A stretch of DNA of 64,000 nucleotides from an uncultured archaeon. GTDB lineage: Archaea; Asgardarchaeota; Lokiarchaeia; Sigyniarchaeales; SOKP01. Where the stretch lies: the NCBI GenBank assembly GCA_964632315.1, contig CAZWEM010000008.1, positions 1-64,000 on the forward strand, in the 5' to 3' direction. Position 1 is the stretch's first letter, and every line of letters begins with the position of its first letter. The position numbers and the translations under genes are program-made. The notes under the pieces were generated by a model, which was given only the letters and a program-made list of their open reading frames with translations, was not told the DNA's origin and did no database searches. Positions 29,634-39,815 of this stretch are shown here, in pieces.

Positions 29634-31169
29634 TTACCAAAAATCTGATAATTTCGTTTGCGGTTTTTCAAACAACCATTTAAGAAAATTAGAAGTAGGT
29701 TTCCAATTCCAAATGCTTTTCTTATTCGTCAGGAATTCAAACTGATTTAAATCTTGATACTTTAAGTTATATTCCTTCATTAAAAGACGAATCTTGAAAA
29801 GCCATTGTACAAAAGCCTTATATAACTGACCATTTGAGCCTGCTTTGTTCACGTGATGAGATTCATAATAATTTATATCATCTTGGGAGAAATTTGAATA
29901 ATAACGATAATTCTGATCATTCCAAAAGAACTGAGATGTACTTTTAACAAATTTATCTATGTTGCAATTCGACATTACAATTGATTCTAATGAGGGATGC
30001 TCACTTAAGAAATCTGGAATTTCAGTTATCTGTCTATTTCCAGAAAGGTCGATCTTTCTCAAGTTTTTGATATCACTAATTCCCTCAAGGCTACATATGT
30101 CGTTGTTACGAAGACTCAAAATCTTCAAGTTATTTAACTTGGTAAAACCTTCTAAAGTACCTATCTTGTTATTATTTAAGTTCAATTTTTCCACATTGGA
30201 GAAGCTCTCAATTCCTTTCATGCTTTTTATCAGATTATTAGATAAATCGAGTTCTTTAGTGTAAGAATATTCATCATCTGGCAATTTAATCTCAAATATG
30301 TTTTTTATATTTTGTTCTCGTAGATCTAGTTTGTCTTTAGTAAAAATGCTAACAATCTTGTCATTGTAGTTTACATACTCTCCTCGATGGTCAAAGTGTT
30401 CTAAATGGGAATTGAGAAACTCGATTATCGGGAAGTTGCGATTGGTTTTGTAAGTTTCATACACAAACTTAACAAATTCTTCCTTGTCATTATTTGAAAT
30501 ACCCTTTATCACGTGAGATAGAATGAATGGGATATTTTGCATCCCCATATATCTCTTGGTAGAATTAATTAGGCCCTTTAACCGTCTATATAATTCTTCA
30601 TTGTTTAGATGTTTTAAAGCTGAAGAAAAGTCGGAAATTAACGTGTTCAGAATCGGAAGCTGATTGTCGTCCAGCAAGCATTCTAATTCATCACGTGTTA
30701 AATATTTCAAATATCCATTATGAATCAAAAACATCATCACGGTATTATGTCCACTAGCATATCTTAGAGCAATTTCCTCTTTGAACCTTTTTCTGGCCAA
30801 CGGATCCCCCGCATCAGTTAGCCTCTTTAATAAGGGAAATGCTAAATTCCTATGCAGAATTCTCGTATCATAATCATTTTCATACCATGCTTGTATGTTT
30901 GAGCAGTGCCCTCGAAATTCTTCCTCAGGAGAGATCTCATAAACACCTCTTCCCCCTCCTTCCATGGATCTATCGAGCATTTCTGCTGCTTCGTCTATTG
31001 AGTCAATGTTATCATATTGCCTGATTCTATTAGTGGGAATGTTCAAGAGAAGGTACATGCATTGCATGAATACCCTATTTTTTACATAAATATGGGTTCT
31101 TCCTTGTTCCAATCTTAATTTAAGAAAGTCATTTACAACATATTCTTTAGAATAATTATTATAATTCAT
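29634..31169 (-). CDS. LRR protein with unnamed N-terminal module and C-terminal Trp-motif repeats
   Basis: LDLSNN/LNLNNN/LSLRNN/IDLSGN repeats. N-terminus homologous to the C-terminal half of 13218-14417. Confidence 0.85.
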   Translation of the reverse strand: MNYNNYSKEYVVNDFLKLRLEQGRTHIYVKNRVFMQCMYLLLNIPTNRIRQYDNIDSIDEAAEMLDRSMEGGGRGVYEISPEEEFRGHCSNIQAWYENDYDTRILHRNLAFPLLKRLTDAGDPLARKRFKEEIALRYASGHNTVMMFLIHNGYLKYLTRDELECLLDDNQLPILNTLISDFSSALKHLNNEELYRRLKGLINSTKRYMGMQNIPFILSHVIKGISNNDKEEFVKFVYETYKTNRNFPIIEFLNSHLEHFDHRGEYVNYNDKIVSIFTKDKLDLREQNIKNIFEIKLPDDEYSYTKELDLSNNLIKSMKGIESFSNVEKLNLNNNKIGTLEGFTKLNNLKILSLRNNDICSLEGISDIKNLRKIDLSGNRQITEIPDFLSEHPSLESIVMSNCNIDKFVKSTSQFFWNDQNYRYYSNFSQDDINYYESHHVNKAGSNGQLYKAFVQWLFKIRLLMKEYNLKYQDLNQFEFLTNKKSIWNWKPTSNFLKWLFEKPQTKLSDFW

Positions 31170-31303
31170 AATTGAGTTGGAAAAGTTGCTTGGAAACGGA
31201 TTTTTGGATGAATCTTGTTAAGATTATTTATTATTAAAAAACTTAGTCTATTAAAATTTTTTGATTTTTCTGTGTGACTTAAGCTCTCTAATATTATTCA
31301 ATC

Positions 31304-32398
31304 TTAAATAATAGTGAGCAGATTAAGATTTATCTCTTTGATTTTATTATTCAATATAGATTCTCGAAGCTCTAGGCCCTCTTTTGAGGATTCAAGAAGC
31401 TTAGATTGACTTATTCCCTCCATCAATACTTTTCTCTCAATTTCTAAAAAACCCATTTCAATGGCACTATTAATTATTAAATTTAACACTAATAATTGAA
31501 ATTGTTCTTGAATTCCTTCCCAAATTAACCCCATCTCTTTTAATTGAGTTGATATTTCTTCAGACATTACGTCCAAGTCATAAATCTCCTCGTAAACGCC
31601 TTCTTGGAGGTTAATAATCTCATCAATCAATCTATCTTTAATCAAACGTTTTGTTGTAGTCCCTAAAAGATCCTCATCATGGAAAAAAAAGTCATTTTCT
31701 CCACGCTTTACTAAGAAAAAACCGAATTCCTTCTTTATCAGCTTGTAACATGCCAAATAATCGATTGCCTCCCGGGGAATGTTAAATAATTCACAAAATT
31801 GATTAATATTTAATTTATACCCTGAAAATTTCTGTGTTGAAATTTCATCAAAGTGCCAATATTTGCTTGCAAGTCTACCTTGGCCCAAAATAGAATTGTA
31901 GAAAATGTAAAAAAGTGATAAGAAGAGATCTCGATCTTGTTGGAGTGTAAAGAAATTATCTCCTATCTTTGAAATGATCCTTATGATATGAATAATGAAT
32001 TGATCCTCAACATTAATTTCTTTATAGAATTCAATTAATCGCTCTAATTTACTGACATTATTTTTAAGTTCATTTATGATGAAGACCTCATCCTTTAGTT
32101 TTAAGGGTCTTTCACCTAACTCATCGATTCCTTTATCAGTAATGACGTAGCACATGTATTTTTTATTAGAATTCTTGTCAGTAACTAATCTTTTTTCAAC
32201 ATTTCCATTTTTTTGATGGAAACTTAGATGATTTGAAACAGTTGACCTACTTAATTGTGAATACTTCAGGATACTGGTAAATCTTTGGGGTCCAAAGTTT
32301 CTGAGGATAAAGAGTAATCTATTCTTATTATCTTCAATACTGCTTGCTTTTTGTAATAATTCACTTTCTAACTTTTTAGAAATACTCCAACTCTCCAT
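31304..32398 (-). CDS. winged-helix (ArsR/MarR-like) DNA-binding protein
   Basis: RFTSILKYSQLSRSTVSNHL...YVITDKG. Confidence 0.75.
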   Translation of the reverse strand: MESWSISKKLESELLQKASSIEDNKNRLLFILRNFGPQRFTSILKYSQLSRSTVSNHLSFHQKNGNVEKRLVTDKNSNKKYMCYVITDKGIDELGERPLKLKDEVFIINELKNNVSKLERLIEFYKEINVEDQFIIHIIRIISKIGDNFFTLQQDRDLFLSLFYIFYNSILGQGRLASKYWHFDEISTQKFSGYKLNINQFCELFNIPREAIDYLACYKLIKKEFGFFLVKRGENDFFFHDEDLLGTTTKRLIKDRLIDEIINLQEGVYEEIYDLDVMSEEISTQLKEMGLIWEGIQEQFQLLVLNLIINSAIEMGFLEIERKVLMEGISQSKLLESSKEGLELRESILNNKIKEINLNLLTII

Positions 32399-32575
32399 AA
32401 TTATTATATTATAGTTATTGTATTTAAAATTGCATTTTTTAGACCTTTTTTTATGAATAATACCAAAAAATTAAGACTAAACACAAAAAGGTTATTATGG
32501 TATAGTTGATAGATGATCGCATATTAAATGCTTGGAGATGTAAGATACAAATAATCGAGAATCATATATTGTATT

Positions 32576-32773
32576 ATGACGATTGAGAATCCCGATCTCC
32601 TCAGTAGGATCAGATCCATTGAAAAACGATTAGATAAGATTGAATCACGATTGTCCACGATTGAAAATAGATTAAGTCGATCTCCCCTCCATCCACAACC
32701 ATCACCCGAACCATCACGTCCTGATAGGCCACCTGGTCCCCCTGGACGACCACCAGAACCTTTGCGATTTTAA
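32576..32773 (+). CDS. small coiled-coil + proline-rich protein
   Basis: Heptads IEKRLDK/IESRLST/IENRLSR followed by a Pro-rich tail. Confidence 0.7.
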   Translation: MTIENPDLLSRIRSIEKRLDKIESRLSTIENRLSRSPLHPQPSPEPSRPDRPPGPPGRPPEPLRF

Positions 32774-32904
32774 ACTGAAGACTTTTTGAGTGAAAGTGTT
32801 GGAACGACTGCAGTTGTTTATTTCAAACCATAGACCTTAAAATAAAAAAATCCATTATATTGATAATAAAATTTCAAATATTACAAGTAGATAGTGAAAT
32901 AATC

Positions 32905-33159
32905 ATGGCACAATATCGTTTTCGGTTGACCGGAGTTCCTCCTGATCAAGCAATTAAACTCATTGAAGTTGATCCAAACCAAAGCATAGCAGAAATTAAG
33001 AAAACCGTTCAAAGAGAATACAAATTAAACCCGATTTTGGCGATTCAATTCATTTTTAAAGGTAAAGTTTTACCAGACCAGCTAAAATTTGCTAAAGTAG
33101 GTATCCATCCGAAGAAAGATGTAATAACCGTTATGGCTACTCAAGCGGGCGGTTGTTAA
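32905..33159 (+). CDS. ubiquitin-like (beta-grasp) protein ending -AGGC
   Basis: 84 aa from ATG 32905. IEVDPNQSIAEIKK and QFIFKGKVLPD parallel ubiquitin's LEVEPSDTIENVKA and RLIFAGKQLED; di-Gly near the C-terminus. Confidence 0.85.
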   Translation: MAQYRFRLTGVPPDQAIKLIEVDPNQSIAEIKKTVQREYKLNPILAIQFIFKGKVLPDQLKFAKVGIHPKKDVITVMATQAGGC

Positions 33160-33299
33160 TTTCGAGTTAGCTTCATATAATTTTATTTTCTATTTCTTTT
33201 TATACAGATAATTTAGACTCGAAATTCTGAGACATATATTTATATTTATACTCAGCAAATTACTTATTACCCAAAAGTTTGAAGTCAAGATATTCGAAA

Positions 33300-34973
33300 A
33301 TGAATAAGAAATACCTCGCTATATGGATTCTTTCAATTATTTTAATTATATCCAGTATCACTAACGTGGTAATCATTTTAAATTACCCTAAGGTTACTCC
33401 TGAGGATATATCAACGTTAGTGATAGGTACCTCAGCGGGACCACATACTTTAGAGATTGTCGATTCCTGGGATAGCGCTTCCAATGATGTACTTGAACAA
33501 GTGGTGGAAACATTGTTTTCTCATGATCTTCGAGATCCTACTTTACCTCGAATAAACTTACTTGCGGAATCCTATTATTGGCAAAACAAAACATCACTTC
33601 AGATCAAATTACGCGAAGATATTTCATTCCACGATGGTACCCCGTTTAATTCTATCGCAGCGAAATGGAACTTGGATCGATTACTATACCTTACGAATTG
33701 TACGGGAAAAAATAATAGGACTGTTGCACAAACCCGAACTTTATGGCTGCGTCCAGATGGGAAGACGCCCATTATCAACAATGTGGATGCAGTTGGGGAA
33801 TATAACATTACAATTACCTTAAACGATCCCTATGGGCCTTTTTTAAATCTTTTAACGTATATAAACGCAGGCATGATATCTCCAACTGTACACAATGCTA
33901 GTGTTCATAATTTTATTCCTCTCGATAGTAAAATAGTGGGTACTGGTCCTTTCGTGTATGACCATTACACTCCAAAAGAAGAGGTTGTTCTAACTAGATG
34001 GAAATCATATCGAGAACACATTGCCTATTTTAATGTGCTCAAATTTAAAATATATGCTGACTCTGATAAAGCCCATGAAGCGATGCTAGATGGTAAGATA
34101 GATTTTAACTACTTTGCTAGTCATGAAGATATTCTTGCTTATGAAACTCGTGAAGACATCACGGTAAAGCATTATACGGATGATACTGGTATACCAAGTT
34201 TGTTATATCAATATATTACCTTTAATAATGAGAAATTCAATCAAACTTGGAGAAAAGCAATGAGTTATGCTATAAATTATACCTATATTTTGGAGGTATT
34301 ATTACAGGGAAGGGGAAAGAGAGCGAGTTCTCCAATTTCTCCCGGTTTTGGTGCCTCTTATAATGAGTCTGCAAAAGCACCGAATTTTAACATCACGAAG
34401 GCGCGTGAAATCATGGTTTCAATGGGATTTGGAGATATGGGATGGAGTGATCAACAATGGAGTGATCATAATTTTAAATCAGTTCGATATACCTACAACC
34501 TTGGAAATACTTTTCGTGAGGATTTAGGTGTTTCATTAATTGGTAGTTTTAAGTTAATAGGTATTGATCTTTGGCTCGATGATTGGACACCTTGGGATCC
34601 TTGGTATCCTTTACTTCCCTATGATCACTTTACGACAAATTATGAACTTCTTGGACTATTTGCTAGAGGATGGGCTCCCGATTACCTTGAACCTTATAAC
34701 ATGCTTGATCCATTTTTCAATCCGATTTCTCTTTCAAATATAGCTTTAGTAAATGATACAAAATTGAACACAATGATGAATCTTGCATTAGAAACGACTA
34801 ATGATACTGCTCGGAATATCATTTATAAGGACATTCAAGGCTACCTAACTGAAGCTTGTTTCCATGCTCCTTTATACCATTCCAAAATCATCTCGGTGCA
34901 TTCTTCAAATTTACGGAATGTTCCATATAATTCAATGAGAAAGTTTCAAGCATATGGGATGTGGCGAGTATAA
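33300..34973 (+). CDS. ABC transporter substrate-binding protein (peptide/nickel family 5)
   Basis: N-terminal TM; LREDISFHDGTPFN; VGTGPF; RKAMSYAIN. Confidence 0.9.
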   Translation: MNKKYLAIWILSIILIISSITNVVIILNYPKVTPEDISTLVIGTSAGPHTLEIVDSWDSASNDVLEQVVETLFSHDLRDPTLPRINLLAESYYWQNKTSLQIKLREDISFHDGTPFNSIAAKWNLDRLLYLTNCTGKNNRTVAQTRTLWLRPDGKTPIINNVDAVGEYNITITLNDPYGPFLNLLTYINAGMISPTVHNASVHNFIPLDSKIVGTGPFVYDHYTPKEEVVLTRWKSYREHIAYFNVLKFKIYADSDKAHEAMLDGKIDFNYFASHEDILAYETREDITVKHYTDDTGIPSLLYQYITFNNEKFNQTWRKAMSYAINYTYILEVLLQGRGKRASSPISPGFGASYNESAKAPNFNITKAREIMVSMGFGDMGWSDQQWSDHNFKSVRYTYNLGNTFREDLGVSLIGSFKLIGIDLWLDDWTPWDPWYPLLPYDHFTTNYELLGLFARGWAPDYLEPYNMLDPFFNPISLSNIALVNDTKLNTMMNLALETTNDTARNIIYKDIQGYLTEACFHAPLYHSKIISVHSSNLRNVPYNSMRKFQAYGMWRV

Positions 34974-35286
34974 AACTAATAAAAAATGAAGAATTTGATG
35001 AATTTTTTTTTGGAATGGATACTGTTAAAAGAAGTTGTTATGATCGCAGACTAGAGAAACAAATTTCTCGATTTTATCAAAATTTTGGGCATGATTTCCC
35101 ATCGGAAAATTAAATTCACTTAATTTGACAATTAAGTGATTTAGATTATAAAGATCCCATTTAACTTGAAATCATTTCAGTAAATTTCACAAAGGTTTAA
35201 ATATTTTCAAGGTTATATACTAACTCAAATAATACTCATAGGTTTTTCACGAGAAATCCTATTAATAAAGAAGAGATTTAGGAAAA

Positions 35287-35949
35287 ATGACAATCATATT
35301 TGGATATTTTCAGTATTTGAGTTACATGTATCTAATTTCAACTACGATTCCCTGGATAATCCAAGCGTGCTTTTACATCACAATCAATTTTTTGATAATA
35401 AGATCAAGTAAAACTAACTTTGGAGAAAAAGAGCGACCAGAACTACTTTATTACATTGGTGTGATCAATATTATTTTTCTGTTAATTCGGTTTGCTATTC
35501 CAATATATAGCGGAACGAGTACAACTGACATTGAGTTATTTTTTGAAATTACATACGTGATTTCATATGGTTTAATACTGTCCTTGCCATCTCTAATCAC
35601 GTATGGAATATTCATGTTCAAGTATGGGAAAGTAAATGAACAACGATTTAATAAATACCTAAAAATTAGCGGGATTCTTTGGATAATCTCTTTTTCCATT
35701 GGCACGCTCATGCTTAATGGGTATTTGCTTTCGATAGTTTTTTACTTTTTACCCTATTCTTATATAGGGTGGTATACATTAACTACATTGTTAAGCATTT
35801 CTGGGTTAATCTCTCTCGTAGCTTGGATCCTACTCATTATTCATTCTGTAAAAAACAATGATAAAAATCTACTGATCAGCGGAATTCTTGCATTTTTAGC
35901 GTTGGGAGCTTCCTACATATATAGCATGTTTCTACCCCTTCTAATTTAA
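35287..35949 (+). CDS. hypothetical multi-pass membrane protein
   Basis: About 6 TM segments. Confidence 0.75.
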   Translation: MTIIFGYFQYLSYMYLISTTIPWIIQACFYITINFLIIRSSKTNFGEKERPELLYYIGVINIIFLLIRFAIPIYSGTSTTDIELFFEITYVISYGLILSLPSLITYGIFMFKYGKVNEQRFNKYLKISGILWIISFSIGTLMLNGYLLSIVFYFLPYSYIGWYTLTTLLSISGLISLVAWILLIIHSVKNNDKNLLISGILAFLALGASYIYSMFLPLLI

Positions 35950-36095
35950 TATTTTTTTATACTTCTTTTTCTGCTTAATTTTACAAAAATACCCTTCATA
36001 AAGGATCAAATAAGTCTACTAGGATCTTTGCATTAATTAATTTAGACAAACCCTAATATAAACTCACGAATTAAATATTAGTATTAAAAAAATCA

Positions 36096-37331
36096 GTGAA
36101 GAAGCTCATGAAAAATGCTACACTAGTTGCAATTCAAAAGATAGAATCAGAAGATATTGAAAAATCAGTTTTTAAAGCATTAGAGTTGATAAATGCTAAA
36201 GAATTAATGAAAAATGATCAAACGATATTACTAAAACCAAATCTTCTTGGGGCTTGGCCTCCCGAACGAGCAGCCACGACTCATCCTGAAGTGGTAAGAG
36301 CTGTAATCCGGTGGGTTAAGCAATACGAGCCAAAGAAAATATATTTATGCGATTCTTCGGGTACAGCCAAAACGGAAGTAACTGAAAAAGCGATGAAAGT
36401 TAGTGGTTTGCAATCAGTATGTGAAGAAGAGGATGTGGAATGCATACCATTTGAAAAAACTGAACGAAAAATCTACCAAGTACCATCCCCATTAGAGTTG
36501 GAAGAAATAACAAGCTCCAAGCTTCTTGAAGAAGCAGATCTCATCATCAATCTTCCCAAAATTAAGACCCATGGTCAATGCTTGCTCACTTGTAGTATCA
36601 AAAACATGTTTGGAACCCTTCTTTTGGGAAATAAGGCAAAAACGCACGCGAGATCAGCAAGAATTGAACGATTTTCTGCGGCACTAGCTGATATATATTC
36701 TGTTTCAAAGCCCGATTTGACCATAGTAGATGGTTACTTATGTCAAGAAGGCCAAGGGCCTTCTGCGGGCGATGTTGTAAAAATGGACGTGATTTTAGCA
36801 GGTTATGATCCAGTAGCATTGGATACCGTGGCATGTGAGATTACTGGAATTAACCCAAACGATGTAATACATCTAAGAAAGGCAGAAAAAAAAGGATTAG
36901 GTACGATGGACTTAGAGAAGATCAATATCGTGGGGAATTCACCAAAAGAAGTATATCGGAAATTTAAAAAACCAAAAATAAGACCCGTATCTGCTCCGTT
37001 ACCCCGTTGGTTGGCAAATTATATTGCTAAAGTCGTTTTTAGAGCGAGTGTAAAATTTAACCATGATAAGTGTAGATTATGTGGTACTTGTTGGGAAAAT
37101 TGTCCTGGAAATGCAATAGTTCCTCCAGAACAGATGAAAAAGGGAAATACACCTACCTGGATTAAAAAGAATTGCATAATGTGCTATTGTTGCGTTGAAT
37201 TGTGCCCGTATGAAGCCGTTAACTTTAAAATTAATTATGCTAAAAACGTACTAAAATCTTGGGCTGGTGTTGGTCTATTATGCGTGATAGCAATATTAAT
37301 ACTAATTTTCATTTTGATTTTTGCGTTTTAA
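36096..37331 (+). CDS. DUF362 domain protein with 2x[4Fe-4S] ferredoxin domain and C-terminal TM
   Basis: LLKPN; TTHP; LPKIKTH; CRLCGTCWENCP and CIMCYCCVELCP. Confidence 0.9.
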   Translation: MKKLMKNATLVAIQKIESEDIEKSVFKALELINAKELMKNDQTILLKPNLLGAWPPERAATTHPEVVRAVIRWVKQYEPKKIYLCDSSGTAKTEVTEKAMKVSGLQSVCEEEDVECIPFEKTERKIYQVPSPLELEEITSSKLLEEADLIINLPKIKTHGQCLLTCSIKNMFGTLLLGNKAKTHARSARIERFSAALADIYSVSKPDLTIVDGYLCQEGQGPSAGDVVKMDVILAGYDPVALDTVACEITGINPNDVIHLRKAEKKGLGTMDLEKINIVGNSPKEVYRKFKKPKIRPVSAPLPRWLANYIAKVVFRASVKFNHDKCRLCGTCWENCPGNAIVPPEQMKKGNTPTWIKKNCIMCYCCVELCPYEAVNFKINYAKNVLKSWAGVGLLCVIAILILIFILIFAF

Positions 37332-37602
37332 ATTGTAATTAATGCTCTGGAAAAATACAGATGGTTTTACCCCTATTTTGAGTGGCTCTAATATTATATT
37401 TTTTAGCATCCCATTTTCTTGAAAAACTATGGTTTTCTATTTTCAGAATCAACAAAATATTCATAAACTTCAGAATTGTTAATAAATATATATGTTTTGT
37501 AACATTAGAAGAAGAATATTGTTAGCAAGATTTGCCTTCTTCTTGTAGTATTCAATCCGAATGATGTATTCATAGAAAATATTATTAATAGAGGTATTTT
37601 AA

Positions 37603-38988
37603 TTGAAATTTGCGATTTTAAATGGAAGCCCAAAAGGTCCCGAGAGTGTCTCGATGCAATATGTTCTCTATATCCAGAAAAAACATCCTGAACACGAATA
37701 TAATATTCTCAATGTTGCCCAAATCATTAATGTTCTTGAAAAGAATGAGGATAGATTTAATGAGATAATAAAGCAAATTGAAGATTCTGATGGGGTTATT
37801 TGGGGTTTTCCCGTGTATGTCATGCTCGTATGTTCCCAATTTAAAAGATTTATAGAATTGATATTTGAGAGAAATAAGCAAATTGTTTTCAAGGATAAAT
37901 ATACTGCTGTTTTATCTACCTCAATCCACTTTTATGATCATACTGCTCAAAATTACATCCATGCGATTTGTGATGATCTTGGAATGAAATATGTAGGGTA
38001 TTTCCCAGCAGACAGTTGGGACTTATTATATCCTGATAGAAGGGCAAATTGGTTATTATTTGCCGAAAAGTTTATTGAAGCGATTCAGACACAACAACCT
38101 ACAACGCAACATTATCAAAAAGCTCAAGTTAGAGATTTCACATATGAACCATCAGACTCTGTTGATGAGAAGTTAAATACAAGAGAGCGAAAAGTTCTTG
38201 TACTTTCAGAAGATACCAGCAATGAGATTAATCTTGGAAAAATGGTAAAAAAGTTTGTAAAGTCATTTTCTGGAAATGTGGAGTTAGTAAATATTTATGA
38301 TATCGATATAAAGGGGCCTTGTATAGGATGTACAAAATGTGGCTACTCACACGAATGTATATATAAAGAGAAAGATGATTTTACCAACTTTTGGACTCAT
38401 AAAGTGATGAAAGCGGATATATTGATATTTGCAAGCATAATAAAAGATAGATACCTATCCTCACGTTGGAAACTTATTTATGATCGAGCTTTTTTCAACA
38501 ACCATACTCCAACCCTAATCGGAAAACAGATAGGTTATATTATATCTGGTCCATTAAGCCAGAATCTGAATTTAAAAGAGATGTTGATTGCACACGTGGA
38601 ATATCAAGATTCTAATTATGTAGACGTGGTTACTGATGAGTTTGGGGACTCTACTCATATTGATGCTCTACTTCATAACCTAGCCAAAAAAATGGTGGAC
38701 TATTCTTTAGCAGGATACATTAAGCCAATTTCGTTTTTAGGAGAGGCTGCGATGAAAATCTTCAGAGATGACGTTTTTGGAAGAAATAGATTTGTCTTTC
38801 TTGCTGATCATAAGTATTATGAAGCTCATGGCGTATACGATACATTTCCACAGAACGACGAGAGAGCAAAGAGAATGAATGAAAAGCTAATCCCATTGAT
38901 GAAGATTGATAAAATGAGAAGCAAAATCGACTTAAAAAAAGAATTTCTAAAACCATTCCAAAAAGTTTTAGAAGATCCGAGGAAGTAA
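37603..38988 (+). CDS. tandem flavodoxin-fold NAD(P)H-dependent oxidoreductase / iron-sulfur flavoprotein
   Basis: LNGSPK; FPVY; CIGCTKC...C..K.DD. Confidence 0.85.
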   Translation: MKFAILNGSPKGPESVSMQYVLYIQKKHPEHEYNILNVAQIINVLEKNEDRFNEIIKQIEDSDGVIWGFPVYVMLVCSQFKRFIELIFERNKQIVFKDKYTAVLSTSIHFYDHTAQNYIHAICDDLGMKYVGYFPADSWDLLYPDRRANWLLFAEKFIEAIQTQQPTTQHYQKAQVRDFTYEPSDSVDEKLNTRERKVLVLSEDTSNEINLGKMVKKFVKSFSGNVELVNIYDIDIKGPCIGCTKCGYSHECIYKEKDDFTNFWTHKVMKADILIFASIIKDRYLSSRWKLIYDRAFFNNHTPTLIGKQIGYIISGPLSQNLNLKEMLIAHVEYQDSNYVDVVTDEFGDSTHIDALLHNLAKKMVDYSLAGYIKPISFLGEAAMKIFRDDVFGRNRFVFLADHKYYEAHGVYDTFPQNDERAKRMNEKLIPLMKIDKMRSKIDLKKEFLKPFQKVLEDPRK

Positions 38989-38992
38989 AAAT

Positions 38993-39175
38993 ATGGCGTG
39001 GGGAGGTTCTTTAAATAAGGAAGGTTCTGATCACATTAGAGAATTAAAGGAAGCAGATAATGTGGTAAAATTCTTAGAAAAATTTAAGGAAAAGTTAGTA
39101 AAGGAAAAGAAAGAGAAAATTAATGCCGTAATTGATGTTATCGTTAAATATTACACGCAAGATGATCATTCATAG
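38993..39175 (+). CDS. small hypothetical protein
   Basis: ATG 4 nt after upstream stop; helical, charged 60-aa product. Confidence 0.5.
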   Translation: MAWGGSLNKEGSDHIRELKEADNVVKFLEKFKEKLVKEKKEKINAVIDVIVKYYTQDDHS

Positions 39176-39739
39176 TTTCAATATTGAGTTTTTTATTAAA
39201 TCAATTATTTGATTAGCCACTTTTTCAATTTTAGGTGATAAATTGATTTCAAAAAAAGGTAGATCGACATTTTCATTTAAATCTTCTAAAGACAATTCCC
39301 CGTATTTATACTGACGTAGTTCAACAAATCCTTCAAGACTTTTAGGGACTATCCCAATCATAAAAGCGTCCAAATTTGGAAGCTTTTCAAGTAGTAAATC
39401 GATCATAATATATATAGGGATAGTATGAGAAGAAATAGGGACCAATTCTTTAATATCTTCCCTTTCTATTATTGCTACTGTTCCAGGTTCTGCATTTAAA
39501 GTACATGTATCTATTAATATCAAATGAGAGGGATTAAATTCAATGACCTCATCCATTCTTAACATTGGATCAGTAGCTCCGTTAATAAACAACATGGTAT
39601 CATTAGAATATGTCAGTAATTCACTTATTATGTAAGGACCTACTCCATCATCTGAAAGTTTTTCCTCGCCAATCCCCATGAATACGATACGGGAATGATT
39701 TTTAAGCCGTTCCAATAATTTATCATGAAAGTCTTTCAT
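39170..39739 (-). CDS. hycI: hydrogenase maturation protease (HycI-like)
   Basis: MGIGEEKLSDDGVG; LILID; SSHTIP. Confidence 0.8.
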   Translation of the reverse strand: MKDFHDKLLERLKNHSRIVFMGIGEEKLSDDGVGPYIISELLTYSNDTMLFINGATDPMLRMDEVIEFNPSHLILIDTCTLNAEPGTVAIIEREDIKELVPISSHTIPIYIMIDLLLEKLPNLDAFMIGIVPKSLEGFVELRQYKYGELSLEDLNENVDLPFFEINLSPKIEKVANQIIDLIKNSILKL

Positions 39740-39815
39740 TACTAATTAAATGAAATGTATCAAATACTAAAAGCGATTTGGTAAGTTTTAAATCCTTATA
39801 AAATTTGATTTAAGT

